Source: a virus
Reading direction: 5' to 3' (one strand)
DNA: 64,000 nucleotides
Virus record (IMG/VR): IMGVR_UViG_3300027749_000046
The notes below the pieces were generated by a model. That model did not search any database and had not been told where the DNA came from. It was given only the letters and a program-made list of their open reading frames with translations. A program made the translations under genes and the position numbers. Of this stretch, positions 10,201 to 20,802 are shown one piece after another (positions within the stretch are counted from its first letter, which is position 1; every line of letters begins with the position of its first letter).

Positions 10201-11691
10201 TGGATCTACGACTATGGTGTATGTATTTGCATCAAGAGAAGTATTAGCAGGAGATTTTGTTGTAGTTAAAAACCTATCTGTAACATAGTCGCCCGCGCTC
10301 TCTGCTGTGCGAAGAGCCATCTCGTCTTCTATAGCATTATACTGCGTTACTCTATTCTGCTTGTATGGATAACCCTCCGAGAACTCAACTATGCTGAGAA
10401 AATCTGTATTTGTAGAGGCAATATCAGTATTTGATACAACGAGAACAGGCTTTATCTTAAGTCTGTCTGCACCAGGAGCCATTGAATTTGGAGTTCCGGT
10501 GGAGTTGTCGAGAAGATTTGTATCTGCATTATAGTCAACGATCGTCTCGACAGCGCCAAATCCAATTGAGACGTTATTAGGATAAGAGTTATACATGCTT
10601 ACCACCGTTGTCTGCGGGTCGACATTCAAGAAGTATCCGTTCTTGTAGATAACTCCAGAGGTAACACCAAAGGCATATCCATTGCCAATTGCATTCGCTG
10701 TGCTTGCGATCTTAATCTGACTTATATAATTGTAAGCGATAAGAGCGAGAGTACCATAGTTACCGCCTGTGGTATAGTTCTGTCTGATTGTAACATACGG
10801 TGGAACATAGTAGTTTGATCCGCCGTTGATTATAGAAAGATTCTGAATAGCGCCGATCGTGCTGTCTGTAATTATAGATGCCGTAGCGCCTGCGCCGATG
10901 ATCTCGTCGACTCCGGCCGCAGCGCCTGAAGACCCGCCGAGTATAGAATAACCGGGAACGAACTGCCACTTTGCTAGTGACACGCTCGTATTAGTGAGGT
11001 CTGTCTGAACTGGCTTGAGTGAGAGTATTGACTTTCCGGGAATAGTAGTCGTATCAATACCGTTGATGACAGCGCGACTGTTAGTCGTCGACTGCGTTAT
11101 TGTCTCGCCGTTGCTGAACGCCGTAGAAGAAGTAAGATTAGCGAGAATTGCTGGAACTATGACTACGGTGTCTGTATTAGCCCATCCTGTTGACCCATTT
11201 GTGATGGAGGTCTTACTTAGACTATTATTGCTGTCGTATATTACAATGGTATCGCCAGACGAGAAAGAAGTAAGATTGCCTGATGTGCCGCTGTTGATAT
11301 AGCGCATGTAGATTGTGTTGAGATTAGGATCTTGAGACTCATATCCGTCTGCAGAGTTTATAACTTGAGCGCGCAGATTGTTAGTTGGATTGCGAGCAAA
11401 GTGTCCAACGTATAGAGCAGGAGCAGCTAGAGTGCCATCGGTCTCTTTATCGAGAAGCTTTGCATACGGGTAGTTATCAAAGAATACGAAATTACAACCG
11501 TTGATTATAGTGCCGCGTCTATAGATGTTATTACCAAACTGCTCTATCTGATTCTGCAGTATGGCCTGAAGCTGGTTGAGCTCTCTTGTTTGAACGGCAA
11601 CAGACGGCTTGAATAGAATCCTATAGTATTCATTTGCTGGATCATAATCATCATAGTATGGAGCAACATCTAGATTTGTAGTAATAGGCAT
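7201..11691 (-). CDS. VrlC-like / DUF4815-type virion structural protein
   Basis: Diagnostic N-terminus NLDVAPYYDDYD...YYRILFKP...VQTRELNQLQ; also PGADRLKI, YTMRDIGTLEKRI and RFKFGFFTDTF motifs. Confidence 0.85.
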   Translation of the reverse strand: MPITTNLDVAPYYDDYDPANEYYRILFKPSVAVQTRELNQLQAILQNQIEQFGNNIYRRGTIINGCNFVFFDNYPYAKLLDKETDGTLAAPALYVGHFARNPTNNLRAQVINSADGYESQDPNLNTIYMRYINSGTSGNLTSFSSGDTIVIYDSNNSLSKTSITNGSTGWANTDTVVIVPAILANLTSSTAFSNGETITQSTTNSRAVINGIDTTTIPGKSILSLKPVQTDLTNTSVSLAKWQFVPGYSILGGSSGAAAGVDEIIGAGATASIITDSTIGAIQNLSIINGGSNYYVPPYVTIRQNYTTGGNYGTLALIAYNYISQIKIASTANAIGNGYAFGVTSGVIYKNGYFLNVDPQTTVVSMYNSYPNNVSIGFGAVETIVDYNADTNLLDNSTGTPNSMAPGADRLKIKPVLVVSNTDIASTNTDFLSIVEFSEGYPYKQNRVTQYNAIEDEMALRTAESAGDYVTDRFLTTTKSPANTSLDANTYTIVVDPGTAYVSGFRVSTLFNYAFDNIKAIDYSSSNGSGINVSYENYVDISQVAGTFMFSTGDSIDLYDKAYGYLSNTAAISAGTIPPSGYSGNKIGTANIRQMLHVSGTPGFSGAVYRLYLFNLNMIAGANFSSVKGINYNGTVKGVADVLLAYNASSNTSIANLVRGINGVNKMLFNTGTKSTLAVSNLNYLYRTVNNGITLSNTGSLQISLLSSPNEVFQYVGGTTLTFDQKNDIIITPLNAGLRITPDLAGTANVTSAANNADGTSNVYGTSTVFASATSGLIAGDYVYFYANSTVYDIKKVTAVVNNSFLYVDSKLSFSNSAASMARYFPKNVAIPLSSPALQRDNFVANVNTNGTILTVSLNVNTTATSAANVSVVYNVNRNGVAADAKTANRDSFVKIRLANNAAGINGPWCLGVPDIFRLKNVYLADNSNVSTSSSDVTNEFYIDHNQNEDFYDLGYIHKKSTSSLSLSTTNWLLVQFDASTTAGSLHTVSSYVSANLSTRFSTDSSNLSSIGSSYNTLEIPEMYASSGRYYDLIDQIDFRPSAVNTAVITSNAAAANVNPVYSLSFGSYTSDKKFPVPGSGVTFNQSHFLGRRDNVIVDTTGKISLVKGQSAEGTRLPNPRTPSNTMVISNVVNPPYPSIPLHRSTNLNNIINTRIATEKYSFIRSQNHSITTNYVSNRNSIQPIAYTMRDIGTLEKRIRALEYYTGLTMLETSIKDTTIPSSISPSINRFKFGFFTDTFSNYSFTDINNVEYNARVSNGMITPADLPVLINHTGNNKITYIQEYSVVSQNIATGATKGGIDATIYNGVAVSVDPDTLVIPRYDNKNALIWYGQKVSIKMKSLKPLTKHSIYLDDKLLSNSAILLSSDSLPASTSVSQVTDQVQTDASGSANFFIMINIDEYAYNNLYKNTNVNPTKKVVLVKSSDNSSVGAFSLPATRLAPLPPPPEETSNGLGDNGRAWDNRGPENNSQDNKTDYGFANQENGLGTAVGEGDDT

Positions 11692-11703
11692 CTTCTATCC
11701 TTC

Positions 11704-13734
11704 TTAAAACTCAAGAGTGAGCTTGAATGTTTCCGTCTGATCGCTTCTTCTATTTACTGCGTCGATATTCTCGATGTACAGTATATCTCCGCTTCCATAG
11801 ACTATCTCTGGATAGTATTTATTAGTAGGAGTAAATATGGCTCCAGAATTAGTTCCCCTTACGGTATTAGACGCCCCTAAGTTAAATGTGCCGATAGCTT
11901 GGGTAACATAGAGTCTATTGTAACTCCCGTAGTTTACAAGAGAGTTATACACTGCATTTGCGGTGAATGTATCAGTAGATGGAGTTATAATCTCATTATT
12001 AACAAAAGTACCAGAATTTAAAGTTCCATCATACGAGAACATCTGCACGAAAGTATCAAAACTCTTAGTCTGATTGCTTCTTGAAACTGTGTTGACAGTG
12101 GCCTTGCAACCCGTTTGACTTCCAACTATCAGATCTGAGTTGGAGAAGATGCCATATGAGTTTGTGACCTGAATTGCTCCAGTTGTAGCTTGAATAACAT
12201 AGCCGGAAGAATCAGAATCAGGAAGCGAGATGCTAGCGGAGGTATCAGTGAATATAGAGTTGGTAGTAAGAGTTAAGTAAGTGCTATTTCCTACGCTGTT
12301 TACGGTACTAAGTTGATAAGTAGTGCTGTCGTTGGATACTAAGTAGATCATATCGCCAGAATTAAACTGATTGTTAAAGTCTGTACCGCTACCAGTTACA
12401 GCTGTGCTGTATAGATTTATAGTAGCAGTTCCTACTATCTTTACTGGGTTTATTCTAAATACTTTCTCTCCTATAGAGAACGCACTGGACACCGCAGTCA
12501 GAGTCATGCTCACATTAGAGAACAGAGGATTCTTCATGATTCCTATTTGACTATAGGAGGCGTTAGCCACTATCGTATTGCCCTCGCTGTTTGCAAGATT
12601 AACGCCGATAGTTGCGTACTTCGCACCTAGTTCTGCAAATATATTAGCGCCATGACCGTCTTTTGGCGGGAGTATCGGACGAATACTAGCTTGTCTAAAG
12701 TTGCTAGAAGAAACTACTATTGGACTTGCATTTACCACTGCAGTTGCATACTTAAAGTCTCTGCCACGGCTTAGCATCTTTATAGAAGACACGCTATTAC
12801 CAGAGTAAGAGTTTATTATAGCAATTGCATATGCATTTATAGACTGAGTGTAATCTCCTATAATCTCTACTGCGGGATACAACTCATATTGAGAAGTATT
12901 ATCTGGATTTATAGGAAATGTAGAATCAAGAACTACAAACTTCTTAGTGCTATTGGCAAATGATGCCAGTACTTTCTGATACTGCCCTTGACCAGTTCCA
13001 GAAGTTATATGAAGGTAGCAGCCGGTATAGGCATTATTCGTGGTGGACGCAGAATTTGATAGGGCGTATACCAGACTGTTAGCGTTTAGTCTCGTATCGC
13101 TGACTGAGAATGTTCCCGTTAGATAGTTAAAGTATCCAGACCCACCGTCCACGACTTTTACTATGTCTATAGAACCAGGAACTGCCGCTGCAGTAACGCT
13201 CGTGTTCTCAAATACAGGAAAATAATCAGTAGTCATAAACTTATTTGTCTGACTCTGAGAAGATGTGCACATGTACTTCCACTTGTAACCATCAGACGTC
13301 TGATATATCTCATCATTTGCAGTTACTTGCGATATACTCGGCGATATAGTAGAGGCAGTATTACCGTTGTTGTCTACACACTTAAATACGTGCTTGTACG
13401 TTCCCTCTGTTACTATAGCATAGAATTCTTCATTAAAGATATTAGCATCTACATCGTCGTACATCGCGTATACCGTATTTGACTGATAGTCGTATCTTGG
13501 TATACTGAGGGCTACGTCAGAACTATAGATCTTCTTTCCATAGAGCATATTTCTATATGCATCTGATAGAGTATCATGTGTGTCATCATATGCCGTCTGT
13601 ATGGTATTAAATGGCACGCTGTATCCAGCAAAGAAATAATACCTATTATCAGCGGTCGTATCAAACGACATGATAAAGTTCTTTGCGTTATTTAGACCAT
13701 AATTCGTAGTTATTAGTTTTTGTGATTGTGACAT
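11704..13734 (-). CDS. gp8: Baseplate wedge protein gp8
   Basis: VFKCVDNN...TSDGYKWKYM motif; C-terminal SGDILYIENIDAVNRRSDQTETFKLTLEF; synteny. Confidence 0.85.
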   Translation of the reverse strand: MSQSQKLITTNYGLNNAKNFIMSFDTTADNRYYFFAGYSVPFNTIQTAYDDTHDTLSDAYRNMLYGKKIYSSDVALSIPRYDYQSNTVYAMYDDVDANIFNEEFYAIVTEGTYKHVFKCVDNNGNTASTISPSISQVTANDEIYQTSDGYKWKYMCTSSQSQTNKFMTTDYFPVFENTSVTAAAVPGSIDIVKVVDGGSGYFNYLTGTFSVSDTRLNANSLVYALSNSASTTNNAYTGCYLHITSGTGQGQYQKVLASFANSTKKFVVLDSTFPINPDNTSQYELYPAVEIIGDYTQSINAYAIAIINSYSGNSVSSIKMLSRGRDFKYATAVVNASPIVVSSSNFRQASIRPILPPKDGHGANIFAELGAKYATIGVNLANSEGNTIVANASYSQIGIMKNPLFSNVSMTLTAVSSAFSIGEKVFRINPVKIVGTATINLYSTAVTGSGTDFNNQFNSGDMIYLVSNDSTTYQLSTVNSVGNSTYLTLTTNSIFTDTSASISLPDSDSSGYVIQATTGAIQVTNSYGIFSNSDLIVGSQTGCKATVNTVSRSNQTKSFDTFVQMFSYDGTLNSGTFVNNEIITPSTDTFTANAVYNSLVNYGSYNRLYVTQAIGTFNLGASNTVRGTNSGAIFTPTNKYYPEIVYGSGDILYIENIDAVNRRSDQTETFKLTLEF

Positions 13735-16283
13735 TATGCATAATACCTGGTACTAGATGATGATCCATTGGCTATTGTTATAGTAGATAAATTTATCATA
13801 GAAGGCTGATTTATCAATGACTTTTTTGAAACCTGAGAGAAGTACTTTGTGCCAGCCACATGAAGAACTTGCTTTAGCATCTCCACGTACTTATCTAGAT
13901 TAATCGGAGTCTTTATAACATATGAGAAGTCTTGATAGTAGTTTCCATCATATAGGTATTTATTGTCACTCAAGAAACCGCCGTTTGTTCTATTATAACC
14001 AGAACCGGTTCCCTGCTTGTTAGCATAACCCTCTGCAATTCCAGATCTTAATCCATCTAGGGAAGTAAATGTAACGTTCTCACCATTTATGTATCCGAAT
14101 CCAGAGTCGACCACTTCAAGTTCATTTACTGCGCCGTTTGCGTTGCTGACGGATGTTCCTATCACGTCGTTTAAGCCTGCAAATGGGCTGTCTTGATAGT
14201 TCCATAGAGCAAGATCGGCAGTAAATCCAGAGTCTTGACCGACTATCTTGTGACTGGTATCAGTAAATCCATAGACAAAACGATCCTCGAAAGTTATTCT
14301 CCTGATATAGGCATTAGTTGAGTTTGCAAACTTGACTATGCCCTGACCGCCGCCGTTGCTCTGCTTTATGATCTCACCGGTATAGAACGTACCAGTTGCA
14401 TTGCTTAGAGTAAAGAAGAAATCTTTCTTCTGCAGGGGAGCTACCAACGGCTCGTATATCGACACGAATGGGGCATATGTGTATAGAGATCCTGGATTAA
14501 TACCAGTGAGAGATGCTACAGTTCCTAGACTATAGTGAGTAAAGTTGAGAGCCGAAGATAGAAGAAAACTTGCATTCGCATGATGAAGTGCGGCGCCGTA
14601 GTCGGATGCATTGAGAGCTACATTTCGGTATGGGTATATGTAGTCTGTTATAATAACATCTTCTTGATTTGTCAAGCTGCCTATCTGAAAAGTAGCTCCA
14701 GAACCAGATGGTATGCTACTTACAGTTCCATTTATATTACTTATAGGATCATACACGTAATTTCCAGCAAGATCATAGAAAGTATTATTTGTCGTTATAA
14801 TACCTATGTCAAACGCAATGGTATTTACAGAAGCAGTGATGACCGGACCATTCGCAGATGTATACTGATCGCTGTATATATTATTTCCGCTGACAAATAT
14901 ACCATTTGTATTATTAAGAAATAAAGTACCTGACAATCCGGAAACCGTGGTGCTCCTTACAACGCCGTTCGCCGTTTGATTACCCAAGCTATCTAATTGA
15001 AAAATATTAGATCCAACAGCAAAGTTACCGTACACCGCATTTGCATAATTTATAGAAGTATTCGTAGATAGTCCTATGACTTGTCCCTGCGCGGTCAGGT
15101 CTATAAATCCAGAGTTAACAAGATTTGCAGTCACCACATTTCCGGCATTATAAAATACCACGTTTGACTGGAGATTGCCGCTAGTCGTAGATACAAGAAG
15201 ATAACCAGAAATATTATTAGAAGTAGTTATGCTCAGTATATTTCCCTTGCCGGTAACAGAGCCGTTTGCGGCGTATGTAATGAGGTTATCGCCTACCACA
15301 AATTTTGCATTTGCAGTAGATCCATTACTGTACTTTAAGTAGTTGTACTGAACGTTTGCAATAGGCTGAACTACCGTCTCAATACTATTTAAGAAGCTGC
15401 TGTTTACCGCGTACGTAGTTGTATTTGCAAGTCTCAGTACTTTATCGGAAATAAGCACCTGTGCATCAGAAGCGTATCCCCAGCCGCCGTCTATCAGATT
15501 AAAGTTAACCTGACCATTGAGTATGGTGAGACTCTTTACGCGAGCCTTGCCCTGTTGGCCGCCGGCCTCGCTGAGATTTACTATATCTCCAATCTTAAAG
15601 TCTTTACCTCTGTCAGATGTGACTCCGAGGGCAGTAAGAGACCCTGTTACGATTGGATTATTATTGATAACTGTATTGCTATTATAGAGAGATATAGTCT
15701 CGCCTGTTATGAAGTCTTTAGTTAGACCCGATATGTAGAATATATCGATGTACTTTCCCTTGATTCTTCTGGTAACTACGTACTCGACGAACGCAAGAGC
15801 ACCAGATGTAAGTCCCTGGATCTCTTGGTTAACAAAAAGCTTGTTTTCTTGACTTGGAGTTACCTCTAGATAAGTCGGAATAAACCACGCTGCATCTGAA
15901 GTTCTAAAGACATCATTTCCCGGATAATAGGTCTCTACGTCTTGACCATATACCAGCTTGAAGAAAAGATTAATGGCTCTCTCTGTGCCCTTAGATCTAT
16001 AGAGATCTAGACTGTGCTTTACTAGAAGCTTCGTGTCTGTTGCAGTATCAAACTGGATGTTCTTTAGATACTTCTCTTTGAAGTGAACTAAGAAAGTATC
16101 TACAGTAGTGTCTATATCGCCGTAGTCAAGAATTCTTCTTGCATGATATGTTGCGTTTCCTGGCGACTCAAGCCACTCGTAGTAGGCCTTTATGAATCTT
16201 ATAAAATCAGGTCCATATATCCTGTATATATCAGGAAATTGACTTGGTATGAACGAAGATATCTTCTTGTTTATAACAGACAT
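13734..16283 (-). CDS. gp7: Baseplate wedge protein gp7-like
   Basis: FIRFIKAYYEWLE, LYRSKGTE and YYQDFSYVIK...HVAGTKYF motifs; lies between gp6 and gp8. Confidence 0.8.
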   Translation of the reverse strand: MSVINKKISSFIPSQFPDIYRIYGPDFIRFIKAYYEWLESPGNATYHARRILDYGDIDTTVDTFLVHFKEKYLKNIQFDTATDTKLLVKHSLDLYRSKGTERAINLFFKLVYGQDVETYYPGNDVFRTSDAAWFIPTYLEVTPSQENKLFVNQEIQGLTSGALAFVEYVVTRRIKGKYIDIFYISGLTKDFITGETISLYNSNTVINNNPIVTGSLTALGVTSDRGKDFKIGDIVNLSEAGGQQGKARVKSLTILNGQVNFNLIDGGWGYASDAQVLISDKVLRLANTTTYAVNSSFLNSIETVVQPIANVQYNYLKYSNGSTANAKFVVGDNLITYAANGSVTGKGNILSITTSNNISGYLLVSTTSGNLQSNVVFYNAGNVVTANLVNSGFIDLTAQGQVIGLSTNTSINYANAVYGNFAVGSNIFQLDSLGNQTANGVVRSTTVSGLSGTLFLNNTNGIFVSGNNIYSDQYTSANGPVITASVNTIAFDIGIITTNNTFYDLAGNYVYDPISNINGTVSSIPSGSGATFQIGSLTNQEDVIITDYIYPYRNVALNASDYGAALHHANASFLLSSALNFTHYSLGTVASLTGINPGSLYTYAPFVSIYEPLVAPLQKKDFFFTLSNATGTFYTGEIIKQSNGGGQGIVKFANSTNAYIRRITFEDRFVYGFTDTSHKIVGQDSGFTADLALWNYQDSPFAGLNDVIGTSVSNANGAVNELEVVDSGFGYINGENVTFTSLDGLRSGIAEGYANKQGTGSGYNRTNGGFLSDNKYLYDGNYYQDFSYVIKTPINLDKYVEMLKQVLHVAGTKYFSQVSKKSLINQPSMINLSTITIANGSSSSTRYYA

Positions 16284-16286
16284 CTA

Positions 16287-18116
16287 TTATTCTCTTATCG
16301 CCTGGATAACCAGGTTAATTTCATTTGCTTCTAGATTCAATATGTCGTTCTGACCTGCGTATATGTCTTTCTCTGCCGATATGGCGTATATCTTAAGTTC
16401 TGGACCAGAGTAAAGATCTATATTAAAGTTCACGAGATTCACTATGCCCTTAGCGTAGTCCACCGTTCCAATTGTCTTTATGGTCTCGTGGTTTAACCCA
16501 TTTGACTTTACTATCCTCACGTTACCATCCGCGTCGTCCTCGAGATAAGCAGACTGTCCTTGGTACGTGAACTCGGTAGAGTATATGGTGTGGAGATCTG
16601 TTATAGGATGCACTGCACCTATTGGAAATAGAGTATCAAGAAGAGGCACGTTGAAGTTGACTGTTATATTCTGTGCGACACCAAATTTAGGATATATCTT
16701 CTTGTACATGTAGATCTCTGTCTCGTTGCCAACTACGCTGACGTCGGAAGAGTCTATGGTCTTTGCGAGCTGGCTGTATCTCAAGACAGAATTAAACTTA
16801 TTGAGATTGTTGTTATTATATGAGATGATGGAATTCTTTACTAGAGTTGCTATCTCAGACGGTGTATTCTTTGTCAGGTTAACGTTATATCTGACTACTG
16901 AGTTTATACTATAGTAGATATGAGAAGGAGATATGAATATAGGCTGCGTCGTGAGAGGCATCCTAGGCTTTAGGAAGTCGTAGTAAGCCTGTTTCTTTGA
17001 GTCTGGAAATCCCTGTACATTGGATATATCCACGGACACAATTACCTTGCCGTATCTCGGCGGTGAGAGTGTCTCTCCCCCGTATATAGCAACCACGTTG
17101 ATCTCTGGGAATTGGCTCTTCAGTAGAGTCTCATAGTCTGCAGTGGAGACGGCGCGCTCTTGAGTCTGAAAATACCTAGGCGCATTGAATTTTACTGAGC
17201 TCACTGATTCTTTCTCAGTTCCGCCCTGCGCCGCGTTATTGGTAACAACTGTCATCTGACTGTAGAGAGTGCTATCGGTTATGTCCTGATTTATAGTAAA
17301 TCCCTTGGCACCGTTTGTCTCCATGCCGCTTGATATTCTATACTGCACGAGTATGGTGGCACCATCCTGTGGTCTGCGACCAATGACTCCATCGCCGAAC
17401 ACGATCTCGAACATACCTGTCTCTGCGCCCTGAACGAAGTATGCCTTGGAAGCCGCGTTGAGATCTAGAAGAGTTGACTTCTTTAGATATGGAATATAGT
17501 TAATACCGTTGTCCTCGACGGATGTTACAGTTATCGTTGAAGTGTCTACCATGCTGTTTGTCATGATAAATCTCTGATTGAGATCAGAATAGTTCATGAC
17601 AAATGTGTCTGATACGTAGGCACCCTCGTATATATCCAGCGGCCCTATAGACCAGTTAGTTATGATATTGCTGCTAGAGTCAATATACGTATTTGTAGAG
17701 TGATAGACCTGAGTTGAGTCGGTATAGAAATTATACGAATTGAGGCCAACGCGAGCCGTGAAGCTAGTTCCCTTAGGTATAATTATGGTGCCGCTGTTGT
17801 TCTTTGTCTGGAAGCTCAGGCCTACAGTGGCTTTAGCAGACCCCGCAGATCTCGGAAGATAGTTGAGCTCTTTTGCGTGTGAGAATACGCTGGTCTCTAG
17901 CTGAGCAGTGTCTAAGAAAGCCTCGGATGCTACCATGTTGAGATAGAAAGAGTTCAAGTAGGTGTTGTAGGACAGTATGTCCAGCAGCACATTGAAGTTA
18001 GAGCCCGTGAAGTCGTAGTCCTTGAAGCGATCTTGCGAGGATAAGTAATTTACCATCGACGCCTTGAGGGTGTCGAAGTCCAACGAGGTGAGGTCTATAG
18101 TAGAATTTGCTGCCAT
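16287..18116 (-). CDS. gp6: Baseplate wedge subunit gp6
   Basis: LDFDTLK...DYDFTGSNFNVLLDILSYNTY...EAFLDTAQ; QERAVSTADYE. Confidence 0.93.
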   Translation of the reverse strand: MAANSTIDLTSLDFDTLKASMVNYLSSQDRFKDYDFTGSNFNVLLDILSYNTYLNSFYLNMVASEAFLDTAQLETSVFSHAKELNYLPRSAGSAKATVGLSFQTKNNSGTIIIPKGTSFTARVGLNSYNFYTDSTQVYHSTNTYIDSSSNIITNWSIGPLDIYEGAYVSDTFVMNYSDLNQRFIMTNSMVDTSTITVTSVEDNGINYIPYLKKSTLLDLNAASKAYFVQGAETGMFEIVFGDGVIGRRPQDGATILVQYRISSGMETNGAKGFTINQDITDSTLYSQMTVVTNNAAQGGTEKESVSSVKFNAPRYFQTQERAVSTADYETLLKSQFPEINVVAIYGGETLSPPRYGKVIVSVDISNVQGFPDSKKQAYYDFLKPRMPLTTQPIFISPSHIYYSINSVVRYNVNLTKNTPSEIATLVKNSIISYNNNNLNKFNSVLRYSQLAKTIDSSDVSVVGNETEIYMYKKIYPKFGVAQNITVNFNVPLLDTLFPIGAVHPITDLHTIYSTEFTYQGQSAYLEDDADGNVRIVKSNGLNHETIKTIGTVDYAKGIVNLVNFNIDLYSGPELKIYAISAEKDIYAGQNDILNLEANEINLVIQAIRE

Positions 18117-18118
18117 CT

Positions 18119-18541
18119 TTATCTAACTTTGCTGAGTGATATATCTAGCTGAGCTGTGCGCTGGCTATTTATTATTGAGAAGAGTATGTTTACATAGTAA
18201 GTTTGATCTGCTTCGCTTGGATTAACATAAAGATTAAGCAAATTTGCTCTAGGCTCATAGTTCTTTATGGTATTAGTTATCTCTGTGTGAAGCGCAAACG
18301 AAGTGAGTTCATCGAGCGGCTCGAACAGCAGCTTGTATATGCCGGAGCCTATGTTTGAGTCAAATAGTCTCTCACCTGGAGCAGTCAATATCAAGTTTCT
18401 TATGGACTGCTTTATCGCCTCCTCATTGAGCAGACGAGACAAATTACCAGTAACCGGAGAGATATCCAGATTTATAGGAATATCACTGAAGAGCTCTTGT
18501 ACATTATTGAGTGGAGTAAGCTTATCTGCTCTTGTTGACAT
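18119..18541 (-). CDS. gp25: Baseplate wedge subunit gp25
   Basis: AIKQSIRNLILTAPGERLF...YEPR. Confidence 0.93.
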   Translation of the reverse strand: MSTRADKLTPLNNVQELFSDIPINLDISPVTGNLSRLLNEEAIKQSIRNLILTAPGERLFDSNIGSGIYKLLFEPLDELTSFALHTEITNTIKNYEPRANLLNLYVNPSEADQTYYVNILFSIINSQRTAQLDISLSKVR

Positions 18542-18544
18542 CTC

Positions 18545-18850
18545 TTATCCTGAGTATATGTTTAGCGAACCAGATGATATAGTCTCACCGTTGTAGCTGT
18601 CATTTAGTCTGCCTATACCTAGGCTGTTGACGAATACAGTAGACGAGTTAGTAGAAAGATATACGATGTGAGGAACGCAGCTATCTCCTGATGGTACATT
18701 ATGTACTGCGGACGCATCACCATTTCTCACTGCGCCCTTTCCATTGAAGAATACATTTGTAGAACACTGGTCAGTAACTGTGGTGGCGTCACAGCCATGA
18801 TTAGTATTTATACTGTCTGTCCCACTTCCTCTGGCTATCGGCTGACCCAT
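18545..18850 (-). CDS. PAAR-like spike tip protein (gp5.4-like)
   Basis: PIAR, AVRNGD and IGRLND repeats with His/Cys metal ligands; lies between gp5 and gp25. Confidence 0.8.
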   Translation of the reverse strand: MGQPIARGSGTDSINTNHGCDATTVTDQCSTNVFFNGKGAVRNGDASAVHNVPSGDSCVPHIVYLSTNSSTVFVNSLGIGRLNDSYNGETISSGSLNIYSG

Positions 18851-18859
18851 ATTACTTCC

Positions 18860-19579
18860 TCACGGGTTAAAATCAATTCTAGTAGCAACTGCCTTTATAC
18901 TACCGTCTGTCATAGTTATTGTAGAAGATCCTATGTTGAGTACTATGTTGTCTTTGGTCATTGTGAGAGTAGATCCACCGACCTTCAGAGTTATCTTGGT
19001 CTCACTCTCAAGGAGCATATCGCTCTTGCTGTGAGTAGTCATAGTCTTGCCTATACTCTCAGAGACATAGCCCTTGACCTGCGTCTCTATGTCTCCGCCT
19101 ATCTTGTTGTTATTATCGGTCTTTACGTCTACGTTTAAGTTACCCTTCACGCGAGACATCTGGTTACCTCTCACCGTAGAGAATACCTGACCGTCTACAA
19201 AGCTCACCGAGTTCTTATGAATAGAAGTAATATGATCGCCGCCGACAGATCTCGTAACGTCACCGACTATCTCCTCGTGGACGTCACCTCCAACCAACTC
19301 GCGGTAGTTGCCGCTGATCTTAGTATCGCTGTTGTTGTCAACCGTGGTGGTCATGCCGCCTTTGACATACTTCATGTCGTTGCCGGTTACGAGCTCGGCT
19401 TTTCTTCCATCGGGAGATATCTCATAGTAACTTCCGGTCCTATGGGCTATTCTTATTCTCTCACTTCCGGGAGTATTATCGAACTCAAGTTCGTGTCCAC
19501 CCTCATACAGTACTTTATTGTTGTATGGGTACTGGGCGTTGTACTTTGTCTTAGGATGACGTGTATCTGGAGCTGCCAT
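18860..19579 (-). CDS. gp5 C-terminal portion (beta-helix spike)
   Basis: YPYN...GHELEFDNTPGSERIRIAHRTGSYYEI followed by VxG repeats. Confidence 0.85.
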   Translation of the reverse strand: MAAPDTRHPKTKYNAQYPYNNKVLYEGGHELEFDNTPGSERIRIAHRTGSYYEISPDGRKAELVTGNDMKYVKGGMTTTVDNNSDTKISGNYRELVGGDVHEEIVGDVTRSVGGDHITSIHKNSVSFVDGQVFSTVRGNQMSRVKGNLNVDVKTDNNNKIGGDIETQVKGYVSESIGKTMTTHSKSDMLLESETKITLKVGGSTLTMTKDNIVLNIGSSTITMTDGSIKAVATRIDFNP

Positions 19580-20793
19580 TATCTATTCTTTCTCGGTATA
19601 TTAGTGGAGAAATTTGTATTTCCAACTTCAACGGATGTAACTACGGCCGAGTTAGTAATTCCATTAGATGTTACTTGTATCTTCTGCTGATTTGTAATAT
19701 TCGGGTTCATCAGATTCAACTGATTATTTCTAGGTATATTGAGAGGTCTGTCAGTTATAGAGAGAATATGAATATTACTCGATGCAGTATTGATGAACAC
19801 GGCGTTAACTGATACGTCAGAGAGCAGTATTCCTCCCTGCCCGCCGACATTTCCACCGAGTCCACCAGGCCCGCCGTTGCTACCCAGTGGAAGCGATGGA
19901 GGTAGAGGAGGATACAGCGGGGGAGTTGAAGGAGTTGCAGGAGGGTTGGCTGGAACTGCAGGCTGCAGAACATATCCAGCGCAGCTTAGTGCCCTAGACA
20001 AAGCAGAGAATGCGTTCAGCAGTCCGAGGGCATCAGCAATGGCCGCAAATAGAGACTCGATCATGTCTAGTATCTTACTCATGAAGTCAAAGCTACCAAT
20101 ACCGCGCTTACCAATCGTCGTGGGTAAGTTAAGATCTTTAAAGAGCTCGTCGATGAGTGTCTTAAGAAGACCGCATATGTTGAGGTTACCTAGTATCTCG
20201 TCTATAAGCTTGCTCATGCATATAGAGCTGAGACTTGGTACCACACCACCGCTCAACTCAGCTGCTGCAGCGTTCGCGAGAGAACTTATAGCTTTAAATG
20301 GATCTAGAACTCCATTTAGTAGATTGGTTAGAGACTGGCCGGCTAGAGCGGCGAGACCCGCTAGGTTACCTAGGCCGCCTGATGCAGAGCCGATAGGGCC
20401 GCATGGATTAGAGCAGAAAGTATTAATCAACGCGTTGTAAAGAGATGAAGTAAGAATGCTCTCGAACTCCTTGAGAGCATTCTCAACGCCGCTCAAGAGA
20501 GATCCGAGGATATCGCCTATGTTGAATCCATTTGCTAGAGAGCTTATAGCCTGCATGAGATTCTGTATGGCGTGCATTGCATTCAGGGCCGCGCGAATGA
20601 CACCGCTGAGATTACAGGCGTCGAGACTGATTAGAGTATCTAGAAGCTTCTTGCCGTCAAATGGAACTGCTCCTATAGTCGCCATAGTTCCAGATAGTAG
20701 ATTCTGAGCTCCATGCTCGATGATGCTTATCCCGTTTAATATAGGGTTAACATCTTTTCCGCCCATCAGCGGTAGATCATTCTGCGCTACCAT
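19579..20793 (-). CDS. Hypothetical helical, Cys-containing protein between the gp5 halves
   Basis: 404-aa ORF, Leu/Ala/Gly-rich with a Pro-rich linker; TAATG overlap with the gp5 C-terminal ORF. Confidence 0.7.
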   Translation of the reverse strand: MVAQNDLPLMGGKDVNPILNGISIIEHGAQNLLSGTMATIGAVPFDGKKLLDTLISLDACNLSGVIRAALNAMHAIQNLMQAISSLANGFNIGDILGSLLSGVENALKEFESILTSSLYNALINTFCSNPCGPIGSASGGLGNLAGLAALAGQSLTNLLNGVLDPFKAISSLANAAAAELSGGVVPSLSSICMSKLIDEILGNLNICGLLKTLIDELFKDLNLPTTIGKRGIGSFDFMSKILDMIESLFAAIADALGLLNAFSALSRALSCAGYVLQPAVPANPPATPSTPPLYPPLPPSLPLGSNGGPGGLGGNVGGQGGILLSDVSVNAVFINTASSNIHILSITDRPLNIPRNNQLNLMNPNITNQQKIQVTSNGITNSAVVTSVEVGNTNFSTNIPRKNR

Positions 20794-20802
20794 GTATTAA
20801 CC